Assembly (NCBI GenBank): GCA_963799485.1
Contig: CAWCXJ010000008.1
Location: 64,001-128,000, forward strand
Source: an uncultured Trueperaceae bacterium
Lineage (GTDB): Bacteria > Deinococcota > Deinococci > Deinococcales > Trueperaceae
DNA length: 64,000 nucleotides
Direction: 5' to 3'
Part shown: positions 20,656 through 30,648 of the stretch, one piece after another
Position numbering within the stretch: position 1 is the first letter of the stretch
How the letters are laid out: each line of letters opens with the position of its first letter
Made by a program: the position numbers and the translations under genes
Notes under the pieces: model-generated
Told to the model about the DNA's origin: nothing
The model's database searches: none
Seen by the model: only the letters and a program-made list of their open reading frames with translations

Positions 20656-21035
20656 CCGGCCTCGGCAACCCTTTGATAGGCGTCGGCGTCTAGGAGTTTC
20701 TCGAGTTCTGAGGTGTCCGACACACGCAGCTTAAACAGCCAGCCGCCCTCGAAGGGGGCGCTGTTGATGGTTTCCGGGGCGTCCTCGAGGGCGCTGTTGA
20801 CCTCTACGATTTCGCCTGAAACCGGCGCGTAGATGTCCGAAGCCGTCTTGACCGACTCGACCACCGCGACCGCGCTGCCGGCGGTGACGTTCTGACCGAC
20901 GCGCGGCAACTCGACAAAGACCACATCACCTAACTGGTCTTGGGCAAAATCGGTGATGCCGACGGTAAGGGTGTCGCCGTCTAAACGCGACCACTCGTGC
21001 GACGGACTGTATTTGAGGTCTTCGGGTAGCTGCAT
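20652..21035 (-). CDS. gcvH: Glycine cleavage system H protein
   Basis: [15 protein letters not shown], lipoyl-Lys motif VESVKTASD. Confidence 0.97.
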   Translation of the reverse strand: MQLPEDLKYSPSHEWSRLDGDTLTVGITDFAQDQLGDVVFVELPRVGQNVTAGSAVAVVESVKTASDIYAPVSGEIVEVNSALEDAPETINSAPFEGGWLFKLRVSDTSELEKLLDADAYQRVAEAG

Positions 21036-21221
21036 AGGGACTCCTTACAGGGATTCTGCGATTAGCCTCGACCAAACTCGAGAGACGACTCAACGGGTTT
21101 GGACGTTATCGACACCTTTCTTACGCTTCAGCGTACCGGAAAACCGAAAACCCGCGCGTGTCTCACCTTGCTTTCGAGTTCTTACCGCGAGTTCTTGCCC
21201 GCGCGTGTTCTACCCGGGGTT

Positions 21222-21245
21222 TTTTACGGCGTTCGCGCCGTAAAA
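21222..21245. repeat. Perfect hairpin made of two inverted copies of the iterated CCGTAAA motif
   Basis: TTTTACGGCG-TTCG-CGCCGTAAAA, immediately after the gcvT stop. Confidence 0.85.
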
Positions 21246-21252
21246 GCTCGGG

Positions 21253-22326
21253 TCAGTAAAAGGGCGGTTTGACGACGACTGCCGGGAGCGGTTGTGCCCG
21301 AATCTCGACGGCGACCTCTGTACCGGGTTCGCTGTAGGCTCTACGAACCCACGCGAGCGCAATCCCTTCGCGGGTCAAGGGTGAAATCGCGCCGGAGGTA
21401 ATCTCGCCGATTTTTTCACCGAGTTCATCTTCGCTTTCGCCGGGGGCGAGCACGCGGTAGCTGGGCCGCGCGACGCCGCGCCGCTTTAGTTTGAGGCCGA
21501 CGAGTTGCCGCGTACAGGTACGCGACCAGATCGCCGCGCGCCCGTAAAAGTCTTTGTCTTTGACGACCCAGGCCATGTTGGTGCAGCGCGGGTTCGTCGT
21601 TTGGGTGAGTTCGTGACCGAACAAGGGAAACCCGGCCTCGAGCCTCAGCGTATCGCGCGCACCTAACCCGCACGGCGCTGCGCCAGCGTCGGTCAGGGTG
21701 CGCCACACAGTCGCTGCATCTTCCGGCCGGCAAAAGATTTCAAAACCGTCCTCGCCGGTATACCCGGTACGGGCAAACGTGACTTCACGGCCTCCAAGCG
21801 TCCCCGTCAGTGTCCGGTTCTTTTTGAGCCCGCCCACGTCGGCGTCGGTCAAACGGGCCAACACGAGCGCCGCGCCGGGGCCTTGGAGGGCCAAAAGCCC
21901 AAAGGTATCCGATACGTCGCTAACTTCGGCGTCGTAGTCGCGCGCGAGCTTGGTGAGGTGCGTCACCACCGCTTCGCGGTTTGCGGCGTTGCAAACGACG
22001 AGGTAGTTTTCGGGCGCGGTGCAGTAGACGTATAAGTCGTCGATCAACCCGCCCCGGTCGTTGGGCAACATCGAATACTGACCGCGCCCCGGTTTGAGCT
22101 TGGCGGGGTCGTTAAGAGTCGCAAACCGCAAAAACGCAAGCGCCCCCGGCCCTGTCACTTGCACCTCACCCATGTGACTTACGTCAAAAAGGCCCGCACT
22201 TTCGCGGACGGCTAAATGCTCCTGATTGATCCCCGAGGGGTACTGAATCGGCATCTCGAAGCCCGCAAAGTCCACCATGCGGGCTCCGGCTTCTACGTGC
22301 AGGTCGTACAGCGGCGTATGCTTCAT
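21253..22326 (-). CDS. gcvT: Glycine cleavage system aminomethyltransferase T
   Basis: TPLYDLH, GLFDVSHMGE, RTGYTGEDGFE, GLGARDTLRLEAG. Confidence 0.96.
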   Translation of the reverse strand: MKHTPLYDLHVEAGARMVDFAGFEMPIQYPSGINQEHLAVRESAGLFDVSHMGEVQVTGPGALAFLRFATLNDPAKLKPGRGQYSMLPNDRGGLIDDLYVYCTAPENYLVVCNAANREAVVTHLTKLARDYDAEVSDVSDTFGLLALQGPGAALVLARLTDADVGGLKKNRTLTGTLGGREVTFARTGYTGEDGFEIFCRPEDAATVWRTLTDAGAAPCGLGARDTLRLEAGFPLFGHELTQTTNPRCTNMAWVVKDKDFYGRAAIWSRTCTRQLVGLKLKRRGVARPSYRVLAPGESEDELGEKIGEITSGAISPLTREGIALAWVRRAYSEPGTEVAVEIRAQPLPAVVVKPPFY

Positions 22327-22403
22327 ACCTCAAGGGTACACCACCCTACCCCGGTAAAATACGGCTTCTTTGCCCGGCTACTTCGGCTGATTACTTCGGC
22401 TGA

Positions 22404-22994
22404 CTATTTTTTTTGTGCGAGCTTCGCTAATACTTGTTTGGATACGGCGCGCAGCGGTTCTAGTACCCCCTCGAAGTCGCGCGCGGAACCCTCGAAGGTC
22501 TCGAGCACCCCACCCGGATCGATGACGCTGCGGAGCATCTCGGCGGGCAGGGCGTCGGGTAAATCGCGTTTGTTGAGCTGCAACACCAGCGGCACCTCGG
22601 CGACCGACAGGTTGTATTCGGTCAGGTTTTCGCGGAGGTTTCGCATCGCTTCGGCGTTGGCGCGGAGCCGGTTGGGGGCGGAGTCGGCGACGAACACCAC
22701 GCCGTCGACGCCGCGCAAGATAAGTTTGCGGGCGGCGTTGTAAAAAACCTGCCCGGGGACGGTGTAGAGGTGAAAACGGGTCTTGAAGCCGTTGACGCTG
22801 CCTAGCTCGAGCGGCATAAAGTCGAAAAACAACGTCCGCTCCTCTTCGGTTGCCAGACTCACGAGTTCACCGCGGCGTTCGGGCGCGATGTGTTCGTGGA
22901 TCAGCTTGAGGTTGGTCGTCTTGCCCGACATACCGGGGCCGTAGTAGACGAGCTTAAAGCTGATCTCGCGGGCCGCGAAGTTGACGGTGCTCAC
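22404..22994 (-). CDS. mglA: MglA-family small Ras-like GTPase (196 aa from GTG 22994)
   Basis: [59 protein letters not shown]. Confidence 0.92.
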   Translation of the reverse strand: MSTVNFAAREISFKLVYYGPGMSGKTTNLKLIHEHIAPERRGELVSLATEEERTLFFDFMPLELGSVNGFKTRFHLYTVPGQVFYNAARKLILRGVDGVVFVADSAPNRLRANAEAMRNLRENLTEYNLSVAEVPLVLQLNKRDLPDALPAEMLRSVIDPGGVLETFEGSARDFEGVLEPLRAVSKQVLAKLAQKK

Positions 22995-23386
22995 GCGCTG
23001 CACCACCGGCAGCGAAGACCGCAGCACCCGGTTACGGCAAGCGCAGTCTTCTGCAAATAATTTAAGCGTTTCCTGAACTCGCGACGCAGCTCGGCAGCGG
23101 TAGCCCAGCGGTGGTAGGTAAACTTCATCTTTTGACTATACGCAGCGCGGCGGCGTGCTGACGTGTAAATCACCATTTGCCGTCTACTACTACCGCTTCG
23201 TGGTAGCGCTAAAAGGGAAACGAACGCTAAGGGTTGATGACAACCGAAGAGCAGCATGATAGTCGGTAGGTCTGCTTCAATATGTAAGCATGAGAGGCGA
23301 GCTCAAAACCTCAGTGGATGTAAGCGCGGGCATGAAAAAAACCTACCCCGGTTCAGGTGAACCTCAGCGGGCAGGCTTCTTTTGTC

Positions 23387-23479
<93 letters not shown>

Positions 23480-23504
23480 AAAATGCGGCAAAGGCGAGTA
23501 TACC

Positions 23505-25187
23505 TTACGGGGCAGGCTTTGTCACGCGGTTTTCGGTGCGGCGCGCCGCAAAAAAGGCTTGCAGTAACCGTTCGGCGTCGCGGGCCAGGACGCCGGAACG
23601 AACCTCGAGTCCCCGTTTCCAGGGGTGTTCCAGCAGGTCGGCAACGCCGCCTAGCGCGCCGTCACGGTCGTTTGACGCGCCGTAAACGATGCGGGGCAGG
23701 TGCGCCGCTAGCGCCGCGCCGAGACACATGGGGCAGGGCTCGAGCGTAACGTAGAGCGTGCAGCCCGACAAACGCCAATCCCCGAGTACCCCGGCGGCTT
23801 TGCGTAACGCGTTTGTTTCAGCGTGGGCAGTCGGGTCGGTGTCCGAACGGGTGGTATTGGCGGCGGCGGCCAAAAGTTTCTCACCACGCACGACGACCGC
23901 GCCGACGGGCACCTCACCGGCGCGGGCGGCTTCTTCAGCTTGGGCCAACGCCTGGCGCATCCAGAAGATGTCCGGGTCGGTGGCGCTGAGGGCGACGCGA
24001 ACATCGGCGGCGACGCCTTCAAGCCACAGCACGTCGGACGGCCCTGCCGGGTCGGTTGCCAGAACCGCAAGGGAAGCGCGACGTTCACGCGGAATTTTCC
24101 GGTCGATCAGCAAGTCGGAGACCTTTTTACGGCCCCCCGCGAGGCGGATACGGTCGCCGGGTAGAGGGTTGCGGAAGTGTAGCGCCGGAAATGCCGCCAG
24201 CTTGGTGGGCCCAAGTTCGGGGCGCAAGTCGGCAACGTTCAGGCCGGCAGGGGCGGTTGCCGGAATTACGCTGGGCACAACAACCTCGAGCCGCCCGTAA
24301 GCGACGCGTGCATAGGTATCTTTAGGCAGCGAAATCCGCGTCGGCTTGGTAGCGTTTAGGTGGTGACGTAGCGTTTCGATATGTTCCTTGTCGGGTTGGA
24401 GCCCGGCGTTTTGCAGCAGCGTCGTAAGCGCGGCGCGTTGCAGAGCGGGGGGTTGACGGTGCAAGCGGGCAAGCTCGAGCCCCCCGTCACGAAAAAAGCG
24501 TTCGCTTTGAGCCTGTAAAACATCCGTCTGGTCGCGCTGAAGCTCGGCAAACTGCGCCAGTTTCTTTTGCACGGCAGGATAACGGTGTGCCAGTAGCGGC
24601 AGCACCTCATGACGAAGCCAGGCCCTTGTGCGCCTCGTATCGGTATTCGTTTCGTCTTCTAAAAACGGCTGCTTTAACGTTGCCAGGTATGTTCTGAGCT
24701 GCTGGCGTGAGACCGTGAGTAAAGGCCGCACGATTTTACCCCGCCGCGCCGGAATACCCGTGGCAGAGGCTGCGCCGCGCAAGAGTTGCAGCAACACGGT
24801 TTCCGCCTGGTCGTCTTGTGTGTGGGCGCTCAGGATGGCGTCCGCGCCGACACGTTGGGCGGTGCGGGTCAGAAAACTGTAGCGGAGGCGGCGGGCGGCG
24901 TCCTCGAGGTTCCAGCCTTTCGTTTGGGCAATGCGGGCGACCTCTATCCGAGCACCGTAGTAAGGCAAACCCAAAGCTTCAGCCAACGCTTTGACAAACT
25001 GCGCGTCGGCTGCCGCAGTCTCTCTTAAGGCGTGGTCGAGGTGGGCGACCCCCAACCGGTACGGACTCCCTGCCAAAAGCCGCAGCAAGGCCACCGAGTC
25101 GCCCCCACCCGACACGGCTATGAGCAGCGTTTTGGCCCCGGGAGCGAGTTGCCCCAAGGTCGCAAGGGTGTCCACTACCAAGTTCAC
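23505..25187 (-). CDS. tilS: tRNA(Ile)-lysidine synthetase TilS fused to C-terminal TadA-like tRNA adenosine deaminase
   Basis: [10 protein letters not shown]-loop, [16 protein letters not shown]-term WMRQAL...[10 protein letters not shown]...HAETNALR...TLEPCPMC...FFAARR. Confidence 0.92.
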   Translation of the reverse strand: MNLVVDTLATLGQLAPGAKTLLIAVSGGGDSVALLRLLAGSPYRLGVAHLDHALRETAAADAQFVKALAEALGLPYYGARIEVARIAQTKGWNLEDAARRLRYSFLTRTAQRVGADAILSAHTQDDQAETVLLQLLRGAASATGIPARRGKIVRPLLTVSRQQLRTYLATLKQPFLEDETNTDTRRTRAWLRHEVLPLLAHRYPAVQKKLAQFAELQRDQTDVLQAQSERFFRDGGLELARLHRQPPALQRAALTTLLQNAGLQPDKEHIETLRHHLNATKPTRISLPKDTYARVAYGRLEVVVPSVIPATAPAGLNVADLRPELGPTKLAAFPALHFRNPLPGDRIRLAGGRKKVSDLLIDRKIPRERRASLAVLATDPAGPSDVLWLEGVAADVRVALSATDPDIFWMRQALAQAEEAARAGEVPVGAVVVRGEKLLAAAANTTRSDTDPTAHAETNALRKAAGVLGDWRLSGCTLYVTLEPCPMCLGAALAAHLPRIVYGASNDRDGALGGVADLLEHPWKRGLEVRSGVLARDAERLLQAFFAARRTENRVTKPAP

Positions 25188-25225
25188 CCCCTTATTATGC
25201 CCCGCCTAAACGCTATACTTGGGCC

Positions 25226-26395
25226 ATGACCGTCACCTTGATTGTGCTCGATTCCGTAGGGGTCGGCGCGCTTCCCGACGCAGCCGACTTCGGCGACACC
25301 GGCGCGCACACGCTCGACCATACGCTGCAAGCCGGGCGAAACGGCGCAACGCTGCCGAACTTCGCAGCTTTGGGCTTGGGGAGTATCGAAGGCGTAACTT
25401 CACTACCCCGGCCTGAAACCGTAAGCGCCTCGTATGGACGACTCGCCGAGGTCTCGCCCGGCAAAGATACGACGACGGGCCACTGGGAGTTTATGGGTGT
25501 TACGCTCACCCACGCCCTTAGGACGTTTACGGCGTTTCCGGGCGAGCTGATGCGCGCGTTTGACGCGCTGACCGGGCGCGGGCACCTCGGCAACCGTCCG
25601 GCGTCGGGTACGGTTATTTTGGACGAGCTGGGCGAAACGCACCTGCAAACAGGCGAGCCCATCGTCTATACAAGTGCGGACAGCGTGTTTCAGCTTGCCG
25701 CGCACGTAGATAAGGTGCCGCTTGCGACCCTTTACGCGTGGTGCGAAGGCGCGCGCGGCTTGCTCCGGGGCGAATTTGCGGTCGCCCGCGTGATTGCCCG
25801 CCCCTTTACCGGCGCACCGGGGAACTTCAGGCGTTTAGGCGAAGCGCGGCGCGACTACTCGCTGACGCCGCCTCACGAAACCGTACTGGACGTGCTCAAA
25901 GCTGCGGGCAAAGAAGTTATCGGCGTCGGGAAAATCCCCGACATCTATAACCATCAGGGATTTACCGAGGAGGTTCATACCGACTCGAACGACGACGGCA
26001 TCGGTAAAACGCTCACGGCGATGCAAAACCGCCCCGACGGGCTGATATTTTGCAACCTGGTCGAGTTCGATTCGCTTTACGGGCATCGGCGCGACCCGGA
26101 GGGCTACGCAAACGCGCTGAGGGCCACCGACGAGCGTCTGCCTGAACTTTTAGAGGCTGTTCATCCCGGCGACTGGCTCTTGTTTGTGTCCGACCACGGC
26201 AACGACCCGACGCACGGCGGCACCGACCACACCCGCGAATACGGGCTTCTGCTCGCTCACAGTCCCGGCGTTGCCGCAAAAGACCTGGGAACGCGTGAAA
26301 GTTTTGCCGATGTGGGCGCGACGGTCGCCGACCTTTTAGGGGTAGCGTGGGCGGGGGCGGGCTCGAGCTTCGCCCCGCAACTCCTGAAACATTAA
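25226..26395 (+). CDS. deoB: Phosphopentomutase
   Basis: [41 protein letters not shown]...DHTRE. Confidence 0.96.
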   Translation: MTVTLIVLDSVGVGALPDAADFGDTGAHTLDHTLQAGRNGATLPNFAALGLGSIEGVTSLPRPETVSASYGRLAEVSPGKDTTTGHWEFMGVTLTHALRTFTAFPGELMRAFDALTGRGHLGNRPASGTVILDELGETHLQTGEPIVYTSADSVFQLAAHVDKVPLATLYAWCEGARGLLRGEFAVARVIARPFTGAPGNFRRLGEARRDYSLTPPHETVLDVLKAAGKEVIGVGKIPDIYNHQGFTEEVHTDSNDDGIGKTLTAMQNRPDGLIFCNLVEFDSLYGHRRDPEGYANALRATDERLPELLEAVHPGDWLLFVSDHGNDPTHGGTDHTREYGLLLAHSPGVAAKDLGTRESFADVGATVADLLGVAWAGAGSSFAPQLLKH

Positions 26396-26420
26396 CGCCA
26401 AGGTTGTCGAAACGCGCGGG

Positions 26421-26564
26421 GCAGCGAACAACCTGCTTTCGTCGGGCGCAGTAGACCTCAAGCCGATGATTACGCATCACTTTCCCTTGGACGAGATGTT
26501 AACCGGGTTTGAGTACGCCGAAAAGGGCACGGACGGCGCGGTCAAGGTGATGATTGAGGTTTAG
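26421..26564 (+). pseudogene. Orphan 3' fragment of a sorbitol-dehydrogenase-like gene (paralogue of 30649..31677)
   Basis: Translates AANNLLSSGAVDLKPMITHHFPLDEMLTGFEYAEKGTDGAVKVMIEV*; no upstream coding region. Confidence 0.85.
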
Positions 26565-26639
26565 AGGGGGGGCTCGAGGCTTCCTTTAGAAGCTGACACG
26601 ACACTTGCGTTTTGGGGGCGTTTGGGAGAAAGATAGGCC

Positions 26640-27095
26640 ATGAGCGGAGCGCACGGGTTTCTCTTATTCCTAGCAACCTTAAGCGTGTATAACTGCGGGG
26701 TCATCTGGCCGACTCAGAGTGTAACCTATCCGCTCTTTCGACTTGTACCTAGAGATGCATTTTTAGCCTATCACCTCTTTTACAATCGCCGGATCACCGC
26801 CGCTGTTATTATCCCTGGATTTCTATCGTTCCTTGCGCCTTTTGTGTTGCTCTTTTTTCGCCCACCGTCTGTAACTTTGTGGATGGCTATTCTGAGCGCG
26901 GTACTTGGCGGCTTGGCTCTTTTTGTAACGGTCGCGCTAGAAGTGCCGCGTCATATCCGGTTGCAGCGGCAGGGCAAGTCCGACGTGCTGATTCAGGGTT
27001 TAATTGTCAACAACTGGCTTCGAACCTTCGCTATTACAGCTCAAGCGGCCTTCTTGTTGTGGCTACTATCACGTACTTTTGTCCCTGCCGGCTAA
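26640..27095 (+). CDS. Four-TM membrane protein (DUF1772/anthrone-oxygenase-like)
   Basis: Hydrophobic; YPLF...YH...NRRIT, EVPRHIRL, NWLRT; lower GC. Confidence 0.6.
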   Translation: MSGAHGFLLFLATLSVYNCGVIWPTQSVTYPLFRLVPRDAFLAYHLFYNRRITAAVIIPGFLSFLAPFVLLFFRPPSVTLWMAILSAVLGGLALFVTVALEVPRHIRLQRQGKSDVLIQGLIVNNWLRTFAITAQAAFLLWLLSRTFVPAG

Positions 27096-27112
27096 CTTGT
27101 TTTGCAAAAGCG

Positions 27113-27739
27113 TTACAGAGATTGTCCCATGATAAGTGTGTGCGGCTCCTGCCGCTTGAGTTCTTTGAAACCCAGCTTCAGATAAAACTTCTCCGACCGG
27201 ACATTTTGCGGCGAGGTGCCGAGATGTACCCCCGGTGAGCCCCTCTCTCTAAGCGCCGCTAAAAACGCCTCCATCAGTGCCCGCCCGTTGCCGCTGCCCT
27301 GCGCTCTCGGCAAGAGGTCGATGTGCAGGTGTGAAGGGTAATCCTTTTCTAAATCCTCACTATCCGTAGCGTCGTATTCGTAAAACTCATTGATAATGCG
27401 GTCGTCTCGAGACCATTCTTTTTCGTCTCCGGTCGGTTTTGGATACTGTTTGCGAAGCTCTGAAAACCACTCGCTTGCTAACCGTTTGTAAAACGTCTTT
27501 GAACCGAGCGTACCCAAAATATACCCGCACACGCCGTGCTTATCTTCTAACACAAAGGTGAGGTCGGGCTCGAACACCGCATACGGTGCGGCGTAAAGGT
27601 GCCCCAGCAGTTGCGGGTCGCCGTAAAGTCGGGTGGCGTCTTCACCGAGGTCACCGGTTTTTAAGCAGATGTAGTAGAGCGCGCCTAAGTCTTTTGGCTG
27701 GTAAGACCGGATGGCAAAGCCGGGAGCGGGAGTAGCCAT
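27113..27739 (-). CDS. GNAT family acetyltransferase
   Basis: YPSHLHIDLLPRAQGSGNG, GVHLG...FYLKLGF. Confidence 0.88.
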   Translation of the reverse strand: MATPAPGFAIRSYQPKDLGALYYICLKTGDLGEDATRLYGDPQLLGHLYAAPYAVFEPDLTFVLEDKHGVCGYILGTLGSKTFYKRLASEWFSELRKQYPKPTGDEKEWSRDDRIINEFYEYDATDSEDLEKDYPSHLHIDLLPRAQGSGNGRALMEAFLAALRERGSPGVHLGTSPQNVRSEKFYLKLGFKELKRQEPHTLIMGQSL

Positions 27740-27755
27740 GCGTTTAGTATAGAGC

Positions 27756-28427
27756 GTGCCGGGTCAACCTTTAGCTGCTCAACCGCTACTCGAGGCGCGT
27801 GAACTGCGCCGCACCGTTGCGGGCCGGGTGCTGTGGGCCGATTTGGGGCTCGAGCTTTACGCCGGTGAACGCCTGACCGTAACCGGGCCGTCGGGTTCGG
27901 GAAAGAGCTTGCTGTTGCGGACGCTTGCGCTACTCGACCCGCTCGAGACGGGTTTACTCCACTTTCGCGCTCAGGATGTACAAACCCTGCCGGTAACGAT
28001 CTACCGCACGCACGTCTTGTATCTGCCGCAGCGCGCGCCGCTCTATCCGGGGACGGTTGAGGAGAATTTACGGCTTCCCTTTACGCTTCAAGTCCATCAC
28101 GGTAAAACGTTTAGCTCTGGGCACCTCACGCAGTTTCTCGCCCGACTCGGACGCCCGGAAACCTTTTTGGCGCAGGCCGCCGAAAGTTTATCGGGAGGTG
28201 AAGCGCAACTCGTTGCGCTCGCCCGCGCGCTCAGTTTGGGGCCCGACGTGCTGCTGCTCGACGAAGCAACGAGCGCCCTCGACCCGGACACGCTAAACCA
28301 GGCCGAAACGCTGCTCGCAGACTGGGTGCACGACGCAGACCGCGCACTCCTCTGGGTCGGTCACGACGCGGCGCAGCGAGAACGTTTTGCTACTCGTAAG
28401 CTCGAGCTGCTGAGTTTTCACCCGTGA
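27756..28427 (+). CDS. fetA: ABC ATP-binding protein, FetA/YbbL-like
   Basis: GPSGSGKS, LSGGEAQ, LLLDEATSALD; overlaps the fetB-like permease. Confidence 0.75.
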   Translation: MPGQPLAAQPLLEARELRRTVAGRVLWADLGLELYAGERLTVTGPSGSGKSLLLRTLALLDPLETGLLHFRAQDVQTLPVTIYRTHVLYLPQRAPLYPGTVEENLRLPFTLQVHHGKTFSSGHLTQFLARLGRPETFLAQAAESLSGGEAQLVALARALSLGPDVLLLDEATSALDPDTLNQAETLLADWVHDADRALLWVGHDAAQRERFATRKLELLSFHP

Positions 28428-29212
28428 GCGTCCCCATCAGCCTCTTTCAATTCGTGCTGGCCGCTGCCCTGATGAGCGTCGGTGTGGCGCTGTCGTGGCG
28501 GCTCCGGCTCGGTCTGGGCCGCACCATCTTTACGGCGAGTGTCCGGATGGTCGCGCAGCTTTTGCTCGTCGGGTTGATTTTGGGTTGGGTATTTTCGCTG
28601 CAAAACCCGCTGCCGGTCATTGCCATCGGCCTGGTGATGACGCTGCTCGCGGGGCAAGCGGCGGTCTCGCGGAGCAAGCAGCGTTACGCGCGGATGTACT
28701 TCGACAGCTTTCTGGCGGTGTTCGGCAGTTCGTTTATCCTCTCGGGCGTCGCCCTCGCCGGAATTATTCAGGTCAACCCGTGGTGGAACCCGCAGTACGC
28801 CGTGCCGATTCTGGGGATGGTGCTGGGCAACACCTTGACCGGGGTGTCGCTCGCGCTCGAGCGTTTCACTTCCGACGTAAAGGTTCGCCGGGGACAGATC
28901 GAGGGCTTGCTGGCCCTGGGCGCGACGCGCTGGGAAGCCGCGCACGCCGAGGTTGCGACGGCTGTTCGTACCGGCATGATTCCGACCCTAAACAGCATGG
29001 TGGTGATGGGCATCGTCAGCTTGCCGGGGATGATGACCGGACAGATTTTAGCGGGCGCGCCCCCCGAAAGGGCGGTGCGTTACCAGATCGTCATCATGTT
29101 CGTGTTGGCGACGAGTTCGGCGCTCGGTAGTTTGCTGGTGACGCTCTTGGCGTTTCGCACGCTGTTCGATACGCGGCACCGGTTGAGGTTAGGGAAACTC
29201 GAGCCGAAATAA
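28424..29212 (+). CDS. fetB: UPF0014/FetB (YbbM) iron-export ABC permease
   Basis: RMVAQLLLVG, PILGMVLGN, GIVSLPGMMTGQILAG, AVRYQI. Confidence 0.88.
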   Translation: MSVPISLFQFVLAAALMSVGVALSWRLRLGLGRTIFTASVRMVAQLLLVGLILGWVFSLQNPLPVIAIGLVMTLLAGQAAVSRSKQRYARMYFDSFLAVFGSSFILSGVALAGIIQVNPWWNPQYAVPILGMVLGNTLTGVSLALERFTSDVKVRRGQIEGLLALGATRWEAAHAEVATAVRTGMIPTLNSMVVMGIVSLPGMMTGQILAGAPPERAVRYQIVIMFVLATSSALGSLLVTLLAFRTLFDTRHRLRLGKLEPK

Positions 29213-29266
29213 CGGCGTTTTTCCTGCTTGTATGCCTGAGGCCGCTAAGCTGATAGGCTGACCCTT

Positions 29267-30124
29267 ATGAAGGACGCTTTCAAGGTCGCCAAAAGGGCGC
29301 TGCAAGGGTTTGGTCAACACAACATGACCACCTACGCAGCGGCACTCTCGTATCAGGTACTCTTCTCGCTTTTCCCGTTTATCCTCTTTCTGGTCGCACT
29401 TTTGGGTTTTTTAGGTATCCCCGAGTTTTTTAGCTGGTTGCAAAGCCAGGCGACGAACTTGCTTCCGGCTCAGGCCGCGCAGCAGGTCAACACCGTTATC
29501 GGTCAGCTGCAACAACCTCAGGGCGGGCTGCTTTCGTTTGGGATTGTTCTCGCCTTGTGGTCGGCGTCGGGGGGCGTCCGGGCCACCATGGGCGCGATGA
29601 ACGCGGCGTACGGGGTTAAAGAAGGTCGTCCGGCGTGGCGACTCTACTTGTTGTCGATTCTCTATACGCTCGGTCTGGCGCTGCTTCTAATCGCCGCCGC
29701 CGCGCTGATGATTTTGGGGCCGCAGGCGGTGGCGTGGCTGGACGCGCGTATCGGTTTGGGCGGCGTCGTGACCACGCTCTGGAATGTGCTGCGTTTGCCG
29801 CTTGTGGTTGTGCTGCTGACGCTCAGTATCGCGCTGATTTACTACCTCACCCCGGACGTCGAGCAGCGTTTTAGACTGATTACGCCGGGTACGGTGGTTG
29901 CGGTACTCGTCTGGCTCGCCGCCTCATTCGGGTTCGGTTACTACGTGCAAAACTTTGCCAATTACAACGCCACTTACGGCAGTTTAGGGGCAATTATCAT
30001 CTTGCTCTTTTACTTTTATCTGTCTGCGGCCATCTTGCTCTTCGGCGCGGAGCTTAACGCGACGCTCGAGCGCTACCGTAAAGACGGCAAAGACCCCGGT
30101 GACAGGGCGCTGCCGGAATCGTAG
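29267..30124 (+). CDS. YihY/virulence factor BrkB family membrane protein
   Basis: AAALSYQVLFSLFP, ALWSASGG, YNATYGSLGAII, FGAELNA. Confidence 0.9.
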   Translation: MKDAFKVAKRALQGFGQHNMTTYAAALSYQVLFSLFPFILFLVALLGFLGIPEFFSWLQSQATNLLPAQAAQQVNTVIGQLQQPQGGLLSFGIVLALWSASGGVRATMGAMNAAYGVKEGRPAWRLYLLSILYTLGLALLLIAAAALMILGPQAVAWLDARIGLGGVVTTLWNVLRLPLVVVLLTLSIALIYYLTPDVEQRFRLITPGTVVAVLVWLAASFGFGYYVQNFANYNATYGSLGAIIILLFYFYLSAAILLFGAELNATLERYRKDGKDPGDRALPES

Positions 30125-30299
30125 AACGTCTTTAGCGGGTGCTTGAGAAGTAAGTTCCGGCTTTTCCGGCGCTGTCAAAACCGAGCTGCCAACCTTTTAA
30201 GAAGCACTGATGCCCGCGAATTCGAGCATATTTTTGAGACTCAACCGCCGAATGTAATGCGTCGGGGCAAAAAAGCGAATTCCAAAATACCCTCTAGGT

Positions 30300-30625
30300 G
30301 TTCGGCCTAGTTGTTGGCGCTCATAAATCCTGCAAGCGTGCTGAAAAGCCGGGACGGTGTCCACTGCGCCGAGGCTCGCCCCGACCGAGACACCTCTTCA
30401 ACCTGTGCCGAGGCAGGGCGCGAACTACTCCGGGTGTTGCCACGAAACACGTTTGAAGGCGCTCGAAGTCCGCAACCTTACGACCTCATCCGGGCTCGAG
30501 TAACAACCGTAAAGCGCTTCCAGCCTTGACGAGCCGGCAACGAGGTCTACAACTTCGGCGGTTCATCCCAGCAAATTGGGATGTCCACCCGCCGGCATGT
30601 CGGTAAAGGGTTCAGGCTCCGGCAT
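30300..30625 (-). pseudogene. Degraded conserved hypothetical gene
   Basis: AAGGA RBS + ATG 30625: MPEPEPFTDMPAGGHPNLLG*TAEVVDLV...LEALYGCYSSPDEVVRLRTSSAFKRV..HPE*..., then ASAQWT in a shifted frame. Confidence 0.55.
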
Positions 30626-30648
30626 AAGTCCTTGTTCTTACTATCGGC

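Noticed and set aside
21036..22403. Glycine riboswitch in or upstream of the gcv operon
   Set aside because: No GGAGA...CCGAAG...CTCTCAGG aptamer pattern is visible on the minus strand at either gcvT or gcvH.
22379..22403. TACTTCGGCTGA tandem duplication after the mglA stop
   Set aside because: Two copies only; consistent with a local slippage duplication and no evidence of function.
22991..23257. 88-aa ORF whose stop overlaps the mglA start, as a possible mglB
   Set aside because: No roadblock/LC7 features and atypical composition; likely spurious.
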